The position numbers and the translations under genes are program-made. DNA of 64,000 nucleotides. Origin: an uncultured delta proteobacterium (GTDB lineage: Bacteria > Desulfobacterota > WTBG01). Each line of letters begins with the position of its first letter. Position 1 is the stretch's first letter. Shown in pieces: positions 31,758 to 41,703 of this stretch. The stretch spans positions 512,001 to 576,000 of the forward strand of contig CAWCBP010000008.1 of the NCBI GenBank assembly GCA_963793865.1. The letters are read 5' to 3'. The notes beneath the pieces were generated by a model. It made no database searches. It worked only from the letters and a program-made list of their open reading frames with translations, and was not told the DNA's origin.

Positions 31758-32626
31758 TCACCATACCTGACCTGAAAACAGCATTGCTCGAGCTGCTCCA
31801 CGAAATTAAGGATACAGATATCAAGCTTATTATCGGTGGCGGCTTCGGCATCTATCTCAAGGTTGATCATGTGCGGCAGTCAGGTATCCGGACGCTTTTA
31901 CGTGAATTGCCCGAAACTCGTTCCACCAATGACCTGGACTTGTTTCTGCGGCCCGAGCTGCTCATCGATTCAGGAAAATTAAAACCATTGTCAGAGGCCC
32001 TTTTCAATCTCGGCTATAAAGTGGTTCCCGGTGCGGAGAAATACCAATTTGTGAAACCCGGGCCTGCAGGAGCCGAAGCAGGCAGCATAAAACTTGATCT
32101 TTTAACCGGTCCGCAGAGCCGCTTCAAGGGTACAAGCGTGAGGACAGATGATCGCCGTGCCTGGCCTACACCTTCGGTCAATGTGCATGCGCATCCTGTA
32201 GATGAAGCACCGACCCTGGAGCAGGGGCTTTTGCAAAAGATTCTGGCGGGAAAACTAAGTTCCGGGAAAAACTGGCACGCAGATGTTTACTTGCCGCATC
32301 CCTATGCCTTTGCAATGATGAAGCTTTTCGCATTCAAGGACCGTCTGAATGATGTGGATAAAGAATTCGGTCGCTATCACGCGCTTGATTTATATACAAT
32401 TTTAGCTACAACAACTGAGGAGGAGTGGAGATATGCCCTCGAATTGCGTAATTTCCAGGGAGAGCGCCGTTATGCCATAGAAGCATCTAATCTTGTCCTG
32501 GAATATTTTTCAGCCGCGAACCGTATGGGTATTATCAGATTGAGGGAAAGCCCTTATTATCAACCTGGACTTCAGCTTGATGAATTCATGTCAGCGTTGC
32601 AGGAATTGTTTCCCGCGAATGAGTGA
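31754..32626 (+). CDS. putative AbiEii-like nucleotidyltransferase
   Basis: [16 protein letters not shown] (R.T.D.D), LDLL, MKL.A..DR, HALDLY. Confidence 0.65.
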   Translation: MITIPDLKTALLELLHEIKDTDIKLIIGGGFGIYLKVDHVRQSGIRTLLRELPETRSTNDLDLFLRPELLIDSGKLKPLSEALFNLGYKVVPGAEKYQFVKPGPAGAEAGSIKLDLLTGPQSRFKGTSVRTDDRRAWPTPSVNVHAHPVDEAPTLEQGLLQKILAGKLSSGKNWHADVYLPHPYAFAMMKLFAFKDRLNDVDKEFGRYHALDLYTILATTTEEEWRYALELRNFQGERRYAIEASNLVLEYFSAANRMGIIRLRESPYYQPGLQLDEFMSALQELFPANE

Positions 32627-32748
32627 AAATTTACGAACGGCCCTCTTATTCCTTAAAAAAATTGAAAGAACGGTCGGTACAAGTGATTTTAATCGACCGC
32701 GGGTGTGTATTTGAAAGTTGTCTATTCACCTACGCCCCCTCCGTCCAC

Positions 32749-32838
32749 TCACCCATGCCCTTCATACGCCGCTTTAAGCTCCTCCCTCATTTCCTGCTTC
32801 AGGCTTTCCGGTTCCAGGACTTTGGCCTGCGCGCCATT
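32749..32838 (-). pseudogene. C-terminal remnant of a WYL/WCX-domain regulator
   Basis: Minus strand reads [24 protein letters not shown], matching the G...VLEP..L...EEL pattern. Confidence 0.55.
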
Positions 32839-32841
32839 GGT

Positions 32842-33240
32842 GTGCTGAATAAAGCTGTCACCCGGAATATAGGCCGTTTTCCTCCGGATTTTATGTTCCA
32901 GCTCTCTAAAGAAGAATTTTCAAACTTGAAGTTCCGTTTTGGAACATCAAGTTGGGGCGGAACGCGTAAACTGCCTAAGGCGTTTACCGAGCAGGGTGTG
33001 GCAATGTTGTCAACTGTTCTGAAAAGTATGCGCGCAGTACTGGTCAATATCGAAATCATGCGGGCATTTGTGAAATTACGCCGTATACTTGCCTCACACG
33101 CCGTTCTGGCAAGCAAGCTTGCTGATCTGGAAAAAAAGTATGACAAGCAATTTGCGGCGGTGTTCGAGGCAATCCGGCAATTGATGGAACTGCCCCAGGA
33201 TGTCAGAAATGAGGGGACGTTGTTGACAAATTGTACATAA
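32842..33240 (+). pseudogene. ORF6N-domain protein, 5'-truncated
   Basis: [44 protein letters not shown]. The usual N-terminal DLA.LY segment is absent. Confidence 0.8.
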
Positions 33241-33504
33241 TTAAAAGAGCGGCTGCAATCCGGAAGCAGGCGGGATCCGCTTCCAAAGCTGAGGAAAAAA
33301 CTCGCGTGTCAATGTGTAATGGCACACTATAAAATAAAACATTGCGCATTGGATGAGCTATTTTATATAATGGGGTAATCAAGCAGGGCTGCAAAGCTAC
33401 CGTGAGTATTCTGTGACAGCAACAAAAAAGTTGACGGTCATTAAGACCGGGGTTTTCCAGAAATAGCGGTTGGAAATGAAAACCGATAGCAGGGAGCGAT
33501 ATTC

Positions 33505-33939
33505 ATGAAAAAAGGATTTTTGATGGGATCGGCGGCCGTGCTGCTTGTGGTCATCGGCGTAGCGGGAATCGGCAGGGGCGCTGAGGGAACAAAGGAAGAC
33601 CCGGAAGTACGCATTGCCGTTGTTACCGTCAGCGCTTTTGAAGGGATTGTGCCTGCAAAAATACAATCAGCACCCAGCACCACCGTGGTGTGGCTGAACC
33701 GCTCCCGAATACCGGCGGAGATACTTTTTCTGGACAAGAAGGTGGTTGTTGCCTGCGGATCACCGGTAAACTTCTCTATTGGAAAAGGCGGAGCCTATGA
33801 GTCGGGTAAGATTATTTCCCGGGGCACTGCCAGCCTCTGTTTTACGGAAAAAGGTTCATATGATTATGTGGTAAAACCTTCCGGGACCTTTTATCGCGCG
33901 GGTGAACAGGAATATCGTGGCACTATAACCATAGAATAG
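33505..33939 (+). CDS. exported cupredoxin-like protein
   Basis: Signal peptide, TTVVWLN, ACGS, SLCFTEKGSYDY, GTITIE. Confidence 0.65.
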   Translation: MKKGFLMGSAAVLLVVIGVAGIGRGAEGTKEDPEVRIAVVTVSAFEGIVPAKIQSAPSTTVVWLNRSRIPAEILFLDKKVVVACGSPVNFSIGKGGAYESGKIISRGTASLCFTEKGSYDYVVKPSGTFYRAGEQEYRGTITIE

Positions 33940-33973
33940 GGTTTGTTACATGCACACGAGAGGAGGCAGGACG

Positions 33974-34438
33974 ATGAAGCTTTTAACAGTACGTGCCGCA
34001 TTATTGATCACCGTCAGCTGCTGCTGTTTCGCCATGGTCATGCCCGGGCCGGCGTATGTTCAGGCTGAAGAGGCGCCGGCGGACATGCCACTGCAGGGGG
34101 CGAAGGTGATCACCCTCAAGAGGCTGATGGCCGATGCCAACGCGGTAACCACGCTGAAGGTCAAGGCGGGCACGACGGTGATATGGCTGAACGACACCAG
34201 CCGGGTGCTGGAGATCGAGTTTACCGGCAAGCAGGTGACCATGGCCTGCGGTTCCGCCGTCGGTTTTTTTGTGAACGAGGAAGGGTCCTATACCTCGCAG
34301 AAGATTGTGCCCCAGGCGGTGGTGAGCCTCTGTTTCCTGGAACCGGGGGAGTATCCCTACGCGCTGCTGCTGGGGAAACTGAAGGGGCCGGATCCGCTGC
34401 AGGGGAAAAATTTTAAGGGCACAATCATCGTGGAATAA
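33974..34438 (+). CDS. exported cupredoxin-like protein (paralogue of previous gene)
   Basis: AGGAGG SD, signal peptide, GTTVIWLN, ACGS, SLCFLEPGEYPY, GTIIVE. Confidence 0.65.
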   Translation: MKLLTVRAALLITVSCCCFAMVMPGPAYVQAEEAPADMPLQGAKVITLKRLMADANAVTTLKVKAGTTVIWLNDTSRVLEIEFTGKQVTMACGSAVGFFVNEEGSYTSQKIVPQAVVSLCFLEPGEYPYALLLGKLKGPDPLQGKNFKGTIIVE

Positions 34439-34486
34439 GTCACCTCATCGCGGTTGTGCGTGTTGTCCGCGGCAACCGCGATTACC

Positions 34487-36205
34487 CTACCGCTCCTCTT
34501 GAGACTGTGATCTGAGATACGCTTCGGCCAGCACCTCTTTGCTCACGCCGTGGTCGATAAAGTCCCAGGGGAACACTTCATCCAGTGACCGCTGCCGGTA
34601 CACGTAGAAGTCGGGATTCACATCAACCTGCCGGTACGCCTTGAGAAAGCTTCCTCCCAGCTCGTGGGCGGCCATCAGGATTTTGCCCACCCTTCTGTCG
34701 CCCCTGCTCAGCAGACATTGCAGATAGCTCCACTTGGGAAGGTCCCAGGTAACCGTGATCTTCTTTTCCTTCTTCAGGCTGTTTTTAATCCCCTTGAGCT
34801 TTGCCTGCAGCGAGGCGATTTCCTCGAAGGGATGCCACTGAAAGGGTGTTCCCGGCTTGGGAATGAAGGCATTGATGCTTAGGGTTATGCTTTCAGGATA
34901 GCGGGAGCGGGGATTCGCCTTGAGCAGGTGATGCTGCATCCGTTTGGTCAGCTCGCTGATGCAGTCTATGTCGAAAGCGGTTTCGGTGGGCAGCCCGATG
35001 AGGAAATAGAGCTTAACATGGCGGAAACGATGGGCGGCGATGATCTCCAGGGTTTTAAAAATCTGCTCATCGGAGAGGTTTTTGTTAATCAGCTTTCGTA
35101 ATCGCTCGGATCCTGTTTCGGGAGCGAGGGTTATTGTCTGGTGACCGCTCTTCTTGAGCAGCCTGATGAAATCCTCGTTTACCAGATCGATGCGCAGGGA
35201 GGTTACCGAGAAGGTGCCTCCCCCCTCCAGGATAAACTCGCACAGGGATGTGATCTGCGGATGGTCTGAAAGGGTGGCCCCGATGAGACCTATCCTGCAG
35301 TTCGCCTTGATCCCCAGGGCGGCGGCGGCGGTGAGGCTTTTGAGGCTCCGCTTCCGCACCGGCCGGTAGGCGGAACCGAGACAACAGAAATTGCACCCGT
35401 AGGGGCAGCCGCGGCTGACCTCCATCAGAAACATGCTGCTGAATTCGGTGAAGGGTGTAATGATGGCGGAGTGGGCGGGATGGCGGTCCAGCGAGGCGGG
35501 GGCCGCTCTTTTCACCCGCGCCGGGGCATTTCCCCTGGGCACAAACGCCTCAATGGTACCCGAGGGGTGGTAGCGGACTTCATAGAGGGCCGGGACATAG
35601 ATTCCCTCCATCTGCGCCAGCTCCTCAAGCATGACCTCCCTTGCCGTTCCCTCCTCCCGGTGCCGGTGAAACAGCGTGATCAGCCGGGGCAGCACTTCCT
35701 CACCTTCTCCGATGATGAACAGGTCGATGAACTCAGCCAGCGGTTCCGGGTTGAGGAAGGCGCACACGCCGCCGGCCATGATGAGAGGAAAACTGCCGTT
35801 TCTCCGGCTGCGCAGCAGGGGGATGCCTGCCAGCTCGAGGAGGGTAAGCACGGCGGGGTAGTCGTTTTCGAAGGAAATCGAGAAGGCGACGATGTCAAAG
35901 TCGCGCAGGGGGCGGCTTGACTCCAGGCTGAACAGAGGATGGCGGGAGCGGCGCAGCTCGTGCTGCTCGTCGCGCTCGGGAAGAAATGCGCGCTCGCAGA
36001 CCGCCTCCGGAAGACAGTTGAGCAGCCGGTAGACGCTCTGGAAGCCGAGATTGGACATTCCGACGTAGTAGCTGTTGGGATAGACCAGCGCCACCGACGT
36101 TTTGCGTTCCCAGGATTTCCTGATGGTCCCCTGCTCGCGAGCCAGCAGCCTGCCGGCTGCTTGTGCGAGGATGCGAGGTGGTGTCCTGCCCGTGGGCCTG
36201 GTCAT
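34487..36205 (-). CDS. B12-binding-like radical SAM protein (TIGR03960-type)
   Basis: YPNSYYVGMSNLG, NPEPLA.F.D, RGCPYGCNFC, APETGSERLR, PKP.TPFQW. Confidence 0.88.
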   Translation of the reverse strand: MTRPTGRTPPRILAQAAGRLLAREQGTIRKSWERKTSVALVYPNSYYVGMSNLGFQSVYRLLNCLPEAVCERAFLPERDEQHELRRSRHPLFSLESSRPLRDFDIVAFSISFENDYPAVLTLLELAGIPLLRSRRNGSFPLIMAGGVCAFLNPEPLAEFIDLFIIGEGEEVLPRLITLFHRHREEGTAREVMLEELAQMEGIYVPALYEVRYHPSGTIEAFVPRGNAPARVKRAAPASLDRHPAHSAIITPFTEFSSMFLMEVSRGCPYGCNFCCLGSAYRPVRKRSLKSLTAAAALGIKANCRIGLIGATLSDHPQITSLCEFILEGGGTFSVTSLRIDLVNEDFIRLLKKSGHQTITLAPETGSERLRKLINKNLSDEQIFKTLEIIAAHRFRHVKLYFLIGLPTETAFDIDCISELTKRMQHHLLKANPRSRYPESITLSINAFIPKPGTPFQWHPFEEIASLQAKLKGIKNSLKKEKKITVTWDLPKWSYLQCLLSRGDRRVGKILMAAHELGGSFLKAYRQVDVNPDFYVYRQRSLDEVFPWDFIDHGVSKEVLAEAYLRSQSQEER

Positions 36206-36257
36206 TAAAACCTGCTGATCAGCGGTAGATCATTTCCTCCCGCGAACGCTGCGGCGA

Positions 36258-37439
36258 TCAAGCCTCGCTGGGTTCGAGCTCATCGCCCTTTCTCAAAAAG
36301 GTGGGAATGTCGTACTCGTCGTTGACGAAATTGCTGATGATGGTTCCTATCTTGGTTATTTCCGGCCTGTCGTTGTCGTAGGTGCTGCGCAGGTAGGCGG
36401 GCACCTCATCCAGCACATCGGCATTCTGCAGCGGCGTGGCGATGGTCCGTTTCAGTTCCTCCAGCTTCTTTTCATCGCCCGTCCCGAATCCGGTGGCGAT
36501 GACGGTGATGCGGATTTCATCTCCCATTTTGGGGTCGATGACCGCGCCGAAGATGATGTTGGCATCCTCATCGGCCTCTTCCTGGATCTTGGTGGCGGCA
36601 TCATTGACCTCGTGCAGGGAGAGGTTTTCCCCGCCGGTGATGTTGATGAGCAGGCCCCGTGCCCCGCTGATGGAAATGTCTTCAAGCAGGGGGCTGGATA
36701 TGGCCTTGTGGGTTGCCTCGACGGCCTTGTTGTCGCCCGAGGCGACGCCCATGCCCATGAAGGCCATTCCCATTTCGGACATGATGGTTTTCACGTCGGC
36801 GAAGTCCAGGTTGATGAGCCCGGGTATGGTGATGAGATCGGATATGGATTTGGAGGCGTGCAGCAGCACCTCGTCCGCCTTCTTGAAGCTCGCCAGCAGC
36901 GAAAGGTCGCGGTCGCTGATGCTGAGCAGCCGCTGGTTGGGAATGGCAATGAGCGTGTCAACCGTCTTCTTGAGCTCATCCATGCCCCGCTCGGCCGCCA
37001 GCTGACGCCGCTTGCCCTCGAAGAAGAAAGGCTTGGTGACCACCGCCACCGTCAGGGCGCCCAGCTCCTTGGCGATGGAGGCGATGACCGGGGCCCCTCC
37101 CGTGCCCGTTCCGCCCCCGAGCCCGGCGGTAATAAAAATCATGTCCGCCCCCTCAAGCTCTTCGCGTATTTTTTCCGCGTCTTCGAGGGTGGCACTGCGT
37201 CCGATATCGGGATTGGCGCCGGCGCCGAGACCCTTGGTCAGATGAGCGCCAAGCTGAATTTTGGTGGTTGCCAGCGCACTGCCCAGGGCCTGGAGGTCCG
37301 TATTGGCGGCGATAAACTCCACCCCCTCCAGGTTGGAGGCTATCATGGTGTTAATGGCATTGCACCCGCCTCCGCCGACACCGATGATCTTGATTTTTGC
37401 GATCTGCGGTACACGGTCTTCAATGTCGAAAAAACTCAT
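36258..37439 (-). CDS. ftsZ: cell division protein FtsZ
   Basis: [34 protein letters not shown]. Confidence 0.99.
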   Translation of the reverse strand: MSFFDIEDRVPQIAKIKIIGVGGGGCNAINTMIASNLEGVEFIAANTDLQALGSALATTKIQLGAHLTKGLGAGANPDIGRSATLEDAEKIREELEGADMIFITAGLGGGTGTGGAPVIASIAKELGALTVAVVTKPFFFEGKRRQLAAERGMDELKKTVDTLIAIPNQRLLSISDRDLSLLASFKKADEVLLHASKSISDLITIPGLINLDFADVKTIMSEMGMAFMGMGVASGDNKAVEATHKAISSPLLEDISISGARGLLINITGGENLSLHEVNDAATKIQEEADEDANIIFGAVIDPKMGDEIRITVIATGFGTGDEKKLEELKRTIATPLQNADVLDEVPAYLRSTYDNDRPEITKIGTIISNFVNDEYDIPTFLRKGDELEPSEA

Positions 37440-37520
37440 GTGGCGCTCCTTTCATAAACGGAATTATTCCCGGGACGCTGCTGCGCACCCTGAGGTTTGT
37501 CATCTTTTATTATCCACGGC

Positions 37521-37585
37521 TCCCAATATATGGTGGAAATCATCTTTCAGCTGTAGACTATATAGTATTGATCCGGGGAAGTCAA
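37521..37585 (-). promoter_or_regulatory. internal ftsZ promoter overlapped by a tandem NrdR-box-like pair
   Basis: Minus strand TTGACT-N17-TATAGT (37585-37557). Boxes TCCCAATATATGGTGG (37521-37536) and GTAGACTATATAGTAT (37553-37568), 32 bp apart. Confidence 0.6.
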
Positions 37586-37626
37586 TATTGATTCTCTTTT
37601 TTTTGTCAGCTCGCGCCATTTTTTCT

Positions 37627-38853
37627 TTACACCACCTCGGCAAGCCAGCTTTTCGCCGAGCGGACCAGCCCCGAGAACATGGTTTTATATGCCCGTGTCC
37701 GATTGGTATCGGAGGTGCGGTTTTTTCCGTAGAGAATGAGTCCGACGGCGGTGGCATAAATGGGACTTTTGACAATCTCGGACAGCCCGCCCACGGTGTT
37801 GGGATAGCCGACTCTCACGGAGAGATCCAGTACCCGCTCCGCGCATTCGGTGATGCCGTGCAGCAGCGAGGTTCCGCCGGTGAGCACCACCCCCGGGGTC
37901 ATGAATTCCCGGTACCCTGATTTGGCGATTTCCCTGCGGACGAGGGTGAATATTTCCTCCACCCGCGACTGTATGATCCGGCACAAAAATTTCCGTGAAA
38001 CCATCCGCGTGCCCCCGCCGCCCGGGGCGGGGATTTCGATGGTTTCATCCTTTTCGTCCGGGCAGCTGTGCGCGGAGCCGTGCTGAATCTTGAGATCCTC
38101 CGCCCCCTTGAGAGAGGTGCGCAGTCCCACGGCAACATCGGAGGTGATATGATCACCTCCCAGGGCAAGCACCGCGGTGTAGCGAATGCTCCCTCCCTTG
38201 ATCACGGCGATATCAGTGGTGCCGCCCCCGATGTCCACCAGCACCGCTCCCAGCTCCTTTTCATCTTCGTGGATGGTGGATGCCGACGAGGCAAGGGGCT
38301 GGAGCACCAGCTCTTTTACCGCCAGGCCGGTGCGGTTGGCGCACTTGATGATGTTCTGGGCTGAAGATGCCGCGCTGGTTACCATGTGCACCTTGGCCTC
38401 CAGGCGCACCCCGGACATCCCCAGCGGGTCCTGAATGCCTTCCTGGTCGTCAACGATAAATTCCTGGGGAAGGATGTGCAGCACCTCCCGGTCCTGGGGT
38501 ATGGCGATGGCCCGGGCCGCCTCGATAACCCGGTTGATGTCGTGCCTGCTCACCTCGCTGTCTTTGATGCCGATGACACCGTGGCTGTTGAAGCCCTTGA
38601 TGTGGCTGCCGGCAATGCCGGTGTATGCCGAGGTGATTTTGCAGCCGGCCATGAGCTCCGCTTCCTCGACAACCCTGGCGATGGCTTCAACCGTGCTGTC
38701 GATGCTGATGACCATTCCCTTGCGCAATCCCTTGGAGGGGGCGCTGGCGAAGCCGATGACGTCGATGCCGTCCCCGTGCATCTCTCCGACAATGGCACAG
38801 GTCTTGGTCGTTCCCAGATCCAGACCGACAACTAGATTTCCATTTTTTCCCAT
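37627..38853 (-). CDS. ftsA: cell division protein FtsA
   Basis: GLDLGTTK, PLGMSGVRLE, DIGGGTTD, VLTGG, C-terminal amphipathic helix. Confidence 0.97.
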   Translation of the reverse strand: MGKNGNLVVGLDLGTTKTCAIVGEMHGDGIDVIGFASAPSKGLRKGMVISIDSTVEAIARVVEEAELMAGCKITSAYTGIAGSHIKGFNSHGVIGIKDSEVSRHDINRVIEAARAIAIPQDREVLHILPQEFIVDDQEGIQDPLGMSGVRLEAKVHMVTSAASSAQNIIKCANRTGLAVKELVLQPLASSASTIHEDEKELGAVLVDIGGGTTDIAVIKGGSIRYTAVLALGGDHITSDVAVGLRTSLKGAEDLKIQHGSAHSCPDEKDETIEIPAPGGGGTRMVSRKFLCRIIQSRVEEIFTLVRREIAKSGYREFMTPGVVLTGGTSLLHGITECAERVLDLSVRVGYPNTVGGLSEIVKSPIYATAVGLILYGKNRTSDTNRTRAYKTMFSGLVRSAKSWLAEVV

Positions 38854-39743
38854 GGTTGCGCACCTCCATTGCTGATGGCCTCGCGGCTCGGTTTGCTGGG
38901 GTTCAGCTTGACAAATGCCTTGTGCCGGTAGGTAAGATCGATTGCCTGCGGCACCAGATTCCTGTTTTTCAAATCCTCTACAATGGCGCAGAGGCGTTTG
39001 CACTTGGCTTCAAAAGGCGTGAATCCCATTTCAATTTGAACGGTCCCGGGTGTGGTATACACCGTCAGCCCCAGCACGGGATCAAGGTGAATTTCGGATA
39101 TGCCGGAGCGGGGTATCCCTTCTTGTTCGGCGCTGCGCAGGAAGGTCAGCGCCTGGCTGATGAGCGGCGCTGCGCCATGCCGGTGATTCATCACTTCCTC
39201 CCGGTCAATCCCGGTCAGGATGGGCAGCACCCGCCCGTCTTCACCCAGCGCTTCTTCACCTTCGGCCCTTTTAAAAACGGTTCCCTTGTCATCAACCAGG
39301 TGGAGCCCGTCCAGGTTGATCAGGGCGACCGGCTTTCTTTCCAGGATGCTGATGGAGAGCCGGTCCGGGAAGTTCCGCTTCACCTGGGCACGCTCGATCC
39401 AGGGCGATTGCTCCAGCCGGCGGCACATGCCTTTGAGGTCTATGGCCAGAAGATTGGTCTCGCGGTTGATGCCCGCCATGGACACGATGTTATCGGGCAG
39501 GTACCTGCCGCAGCCGGCGATGGTAATCTTTTTAACCGTGAGGTAGCGGCACTGCAGCAGCTTCTGATAGGCTATCATCGACCCCAGCACGGCGGATGCC
39601 CCGGCCAGCAGGATGAGCAGGCATTGCAGGAAGGTAACCGCGGCGCGGACCAGATCCCGTTTGCGGGACACCTTCCGTCGGCGCAGCATGAAGCGGCGGT
39701 TTCTGATTCTCATGGTCTTGGGGTGGAAAGCGGTCAGTGCCAT
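38832..39743 (-). CDS. ftsQ: cell division protein FtsQ/DivIB
   Basis: Basic N-terminus, one TM, POTRA (PWI..A.VKR.FP..L.I...ER.P), IDL.Y, position in dcw. Confidence 0.88.
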   Translation of the reverse strand: MALTAFHPKTMRIRNRRFMLRRRKVSRKRDLVRAAVTFLQCLLILLAGASAVLGSMIAYQKLLQCRYLTVKKITIAGCGRYLPDNIVSMAGINRETNLLAIDLKGMCRRLEQSPWIERAQVKRNFPDRLSISILERKPVALINLDGLHLVDDKGTVFKRAEGEEALGEDGRVLPILTGIDREEVMNHRHGAAPLISQALTFLRSAEQEGIPRSGISEIHLDPVLGLTVYTTPGTVQIEMGFTPFEAKCKRLCAIVEDLKNRNLVPQAIDLTYRHKAFVKLNPSKPSREAISNGGAQPWEKMEI

Positions 39744-39778
39744 AGCGCTCCGGTGGAGAGGCATTCCCCGTAATGTGT

Positions 39779-40777
39779 TTAACGCGATGCTGACGCGCGC
39801 GCCGTGCTGCGCGTGCGTTCAGGGTTCATTTCCTTGAGCCGGGCCGAGAGCAGGATCCGCTGGACCAGGTTGTCGAAGCTTATGCCGGCGTGCCGCGCCG
39901 CCATGGGCAGCAGGCTGGTGGCGGTCATGCCGGGCACGGTATTGATCTCGAGAATGAACGGCTCATCCCCCCGGCTGAGCATCAGGTCAACCCGGGCCGC
40001 GCCCTCGCAGCCGAGGGCATGGTAGGTCCTGAGCGCAAGGTCCTGGATGAGCCGGGCGGTGCGCTTTTTCATCCGGGGGGAAAGGATGTAGTCGGTATGG
40101 CCGGGGGTGTACTTGGAGGTGAAGTCGTAAAATCCCTGCCGGGGCACGATTTCGATGAGCGGCAGCTCCCTGCCGTTGACGATGCCCGCGGTGATTTCAC
40201 GCCCCTCGATAAATTGCTCCACCAGGATCTCCCGGTCATATGCCGCGGCGGCGCGGCATGCCCGGCGCAGGGCGATCCTGCTCCTCACCACCGTGGTGCC
40301 GATGGTTGATCCCTCGGCAACCGGCTTGATGACCAGGGGCAGCGGAAGCCGTATGGCGCGGTGAAAACGGGCGCCTTCTATTACCTCCGCGCTGATGACC
40401 TGGAAGTCAGGGGTGGGTATCCCGTGGCAGCGCAGGATGTGCTTGGTCATTCCCTTGTGCAGGGCCAGTGCGCTGGCCAGCACTCCCGATCCGGTGTAGG
40501 GTATTCCCATAATTTCCAGCATGCCCTGAATGGTCCCGTCTTCTCCCCCCCTTCCGTGGAGGGCTATAAAGGCTGAATCAATCTTCTTCCCGCGCAGCGT
40601 TCGGGCGACGGTGCCGGTCACGTCGATGGCGGAAACCCGGTAGTTTTTACGGCGCAGGGCATCGTGGACGGCCTTCCCGGTGCGCAGCGATACCGCCCGT
40701 TCATGGGAGGTGCCGCCCATGAGCACACCGATGTGCCGCTGCTTTGCATGTGCCTGTATCCGTGCCCCTCTAGCCAT
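39779..40777 (-). CDS. ddl: D-alanine--D-alanine ligase
   Basis: GG.S.ER.VSL, LHG.GGEDG, YDF..KY, EINTVPGMT. Confidence 0.97.
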   Translation of the reverse strand: MARGARIQAHAKQRHIGVLMGGTSHERAVSLRTGKAVHDALRRKNYRVSAIDVTGTVARTLRGKKIDSAFIALHGRGGEDGTIQGMLEIMGIPYTGSGVLASALALHKGMTKHILRCHGIPTPDFQVISAEVIEGARFHRAIRLPLPLVIKPVAEGSTIGTTVVRSRIALRRACRAAAAYDREILVEQFIEGREITAGIVNGRELPLIEIVPRQGFYDFTSKYTPGHTDYILSPRMKKRTARLIQDLALRTYHALGCEGAARVDLMLSRGDEPFILEINTVPGMTATSLLPMAARHAGISFDNLVQRILLSARLKEMNPERTRSTARASASR

Positions 40778-41693
40778 CTTCCCCCACCACCTGCAGTTCC
40801 GGTTCCAGTTGTATGCCGGTCTCTTCATAGACGCGTCGCCGCGCGATTTCCATGAGCGCCAGTATGTCCCGCGCCGTCGCGCCGCCCGTGTTCACAATGA
40901 AGTTGGCGTGCCTTTCGGATATCTGCGCGCCGCCCGCCCGGCGGCCTTTCAGCCCCGCCTGTTCAATCAGCCTGCCCGCCGCAGCACCGGGCGGATTTTT
41001 AAATACCGATCCCGCGCTGGGCAGGTCCAGGGGCTGCGTTTCCCGGCGCCTCCGGTTCATTTTTTCCACAACGGCTGCCAGCGTTTTTTTCCCTGTTCGG
41101 CTCACGCGCAGCATCCCCTTGATGATGACCGTTCCCGGATCGAGCTGCAGCCGTCGATACCCGAAGGGCAGAGCGGGGCTTTTTTTTTCTTCCACCGCGC
41201 CCCCGGGGGTGAGCAGGGTGATGGACTCGGTGACATCACTCATCTCCCTTCCCCAGGCACCGGCGTTCATGGCCCACGCGCCTCCCAGCGATCCGGGTAT
41301 GCCGCTCACAAATTCCAGACCGGCCAGGCCCTTGTCCAGGCAAACGGCCAACAGCCGCCGCAGGGACGCGCCCGCCTCTGCCTGGAGCAGCGGCTCAGCA
41401 TCTTCCGGCTGCAGAAGGGTTGCTTTTCTCAAGCTTCTGGTCAGTTTCAGTACCATGCCTCTGATGCCTCCGTCCCTGACCAGGAGATTGCTCCCGGCAC
41501 CCATGACCAAATACGGAAGGTCATGGCGGGTGCTGTAGCGGACCACCGTGAGCAGTTCCTCCAGGCTCGCGGGGTAGATCATGATGTCCGCGCATCCACC
41601 CACTTTGAGGGTGGTGTGCCGGCTCAAGGGGACGTTGAGCAGCACCTTCCCGGTTAGCAGTTTTTCCAGCTCCCTGGCTATTCTCTGGTTCAT
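40770..41693 (-). CDS. murB: UDP-N-acetylenolpyruvoylglucosamine reductase
   Basis: HTT.KVGG, G.GSNLL, GIPGS.GGA..MNAGA, SAGSVFKNP, HANFIVN. Confidence 0.97.
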   Translation of the reverse strand: MNQRIARELEKLLTGKVLLNVPLSRHTTLKVGGCADIMIYPASLEELLTVVRYSTRHDLPYLVMGAGSNLLVRDGGIRGMVLKLTRSLRKATLLQPEDAEPLLQAEAGASLRRLLAVCLDKGLAGLEFVSGIPGSLGGAWAMNAGAWGREMSDVTESITLLTPGGAVEEKKSPALPFGYRRLQLDPGTVIIKGMLRVSRTGKKTLAAVVEKMNRRRRETQPLDLPSAGSVFKNPPGAAAGRLIEQAGLKGRRAGGAQISERHANFIVNTGGATARDILALMEIARRRVYEETGIQLEPELQVVGEDG

Positions 41694-41703
41694 GTGCGCA
41701 GGC

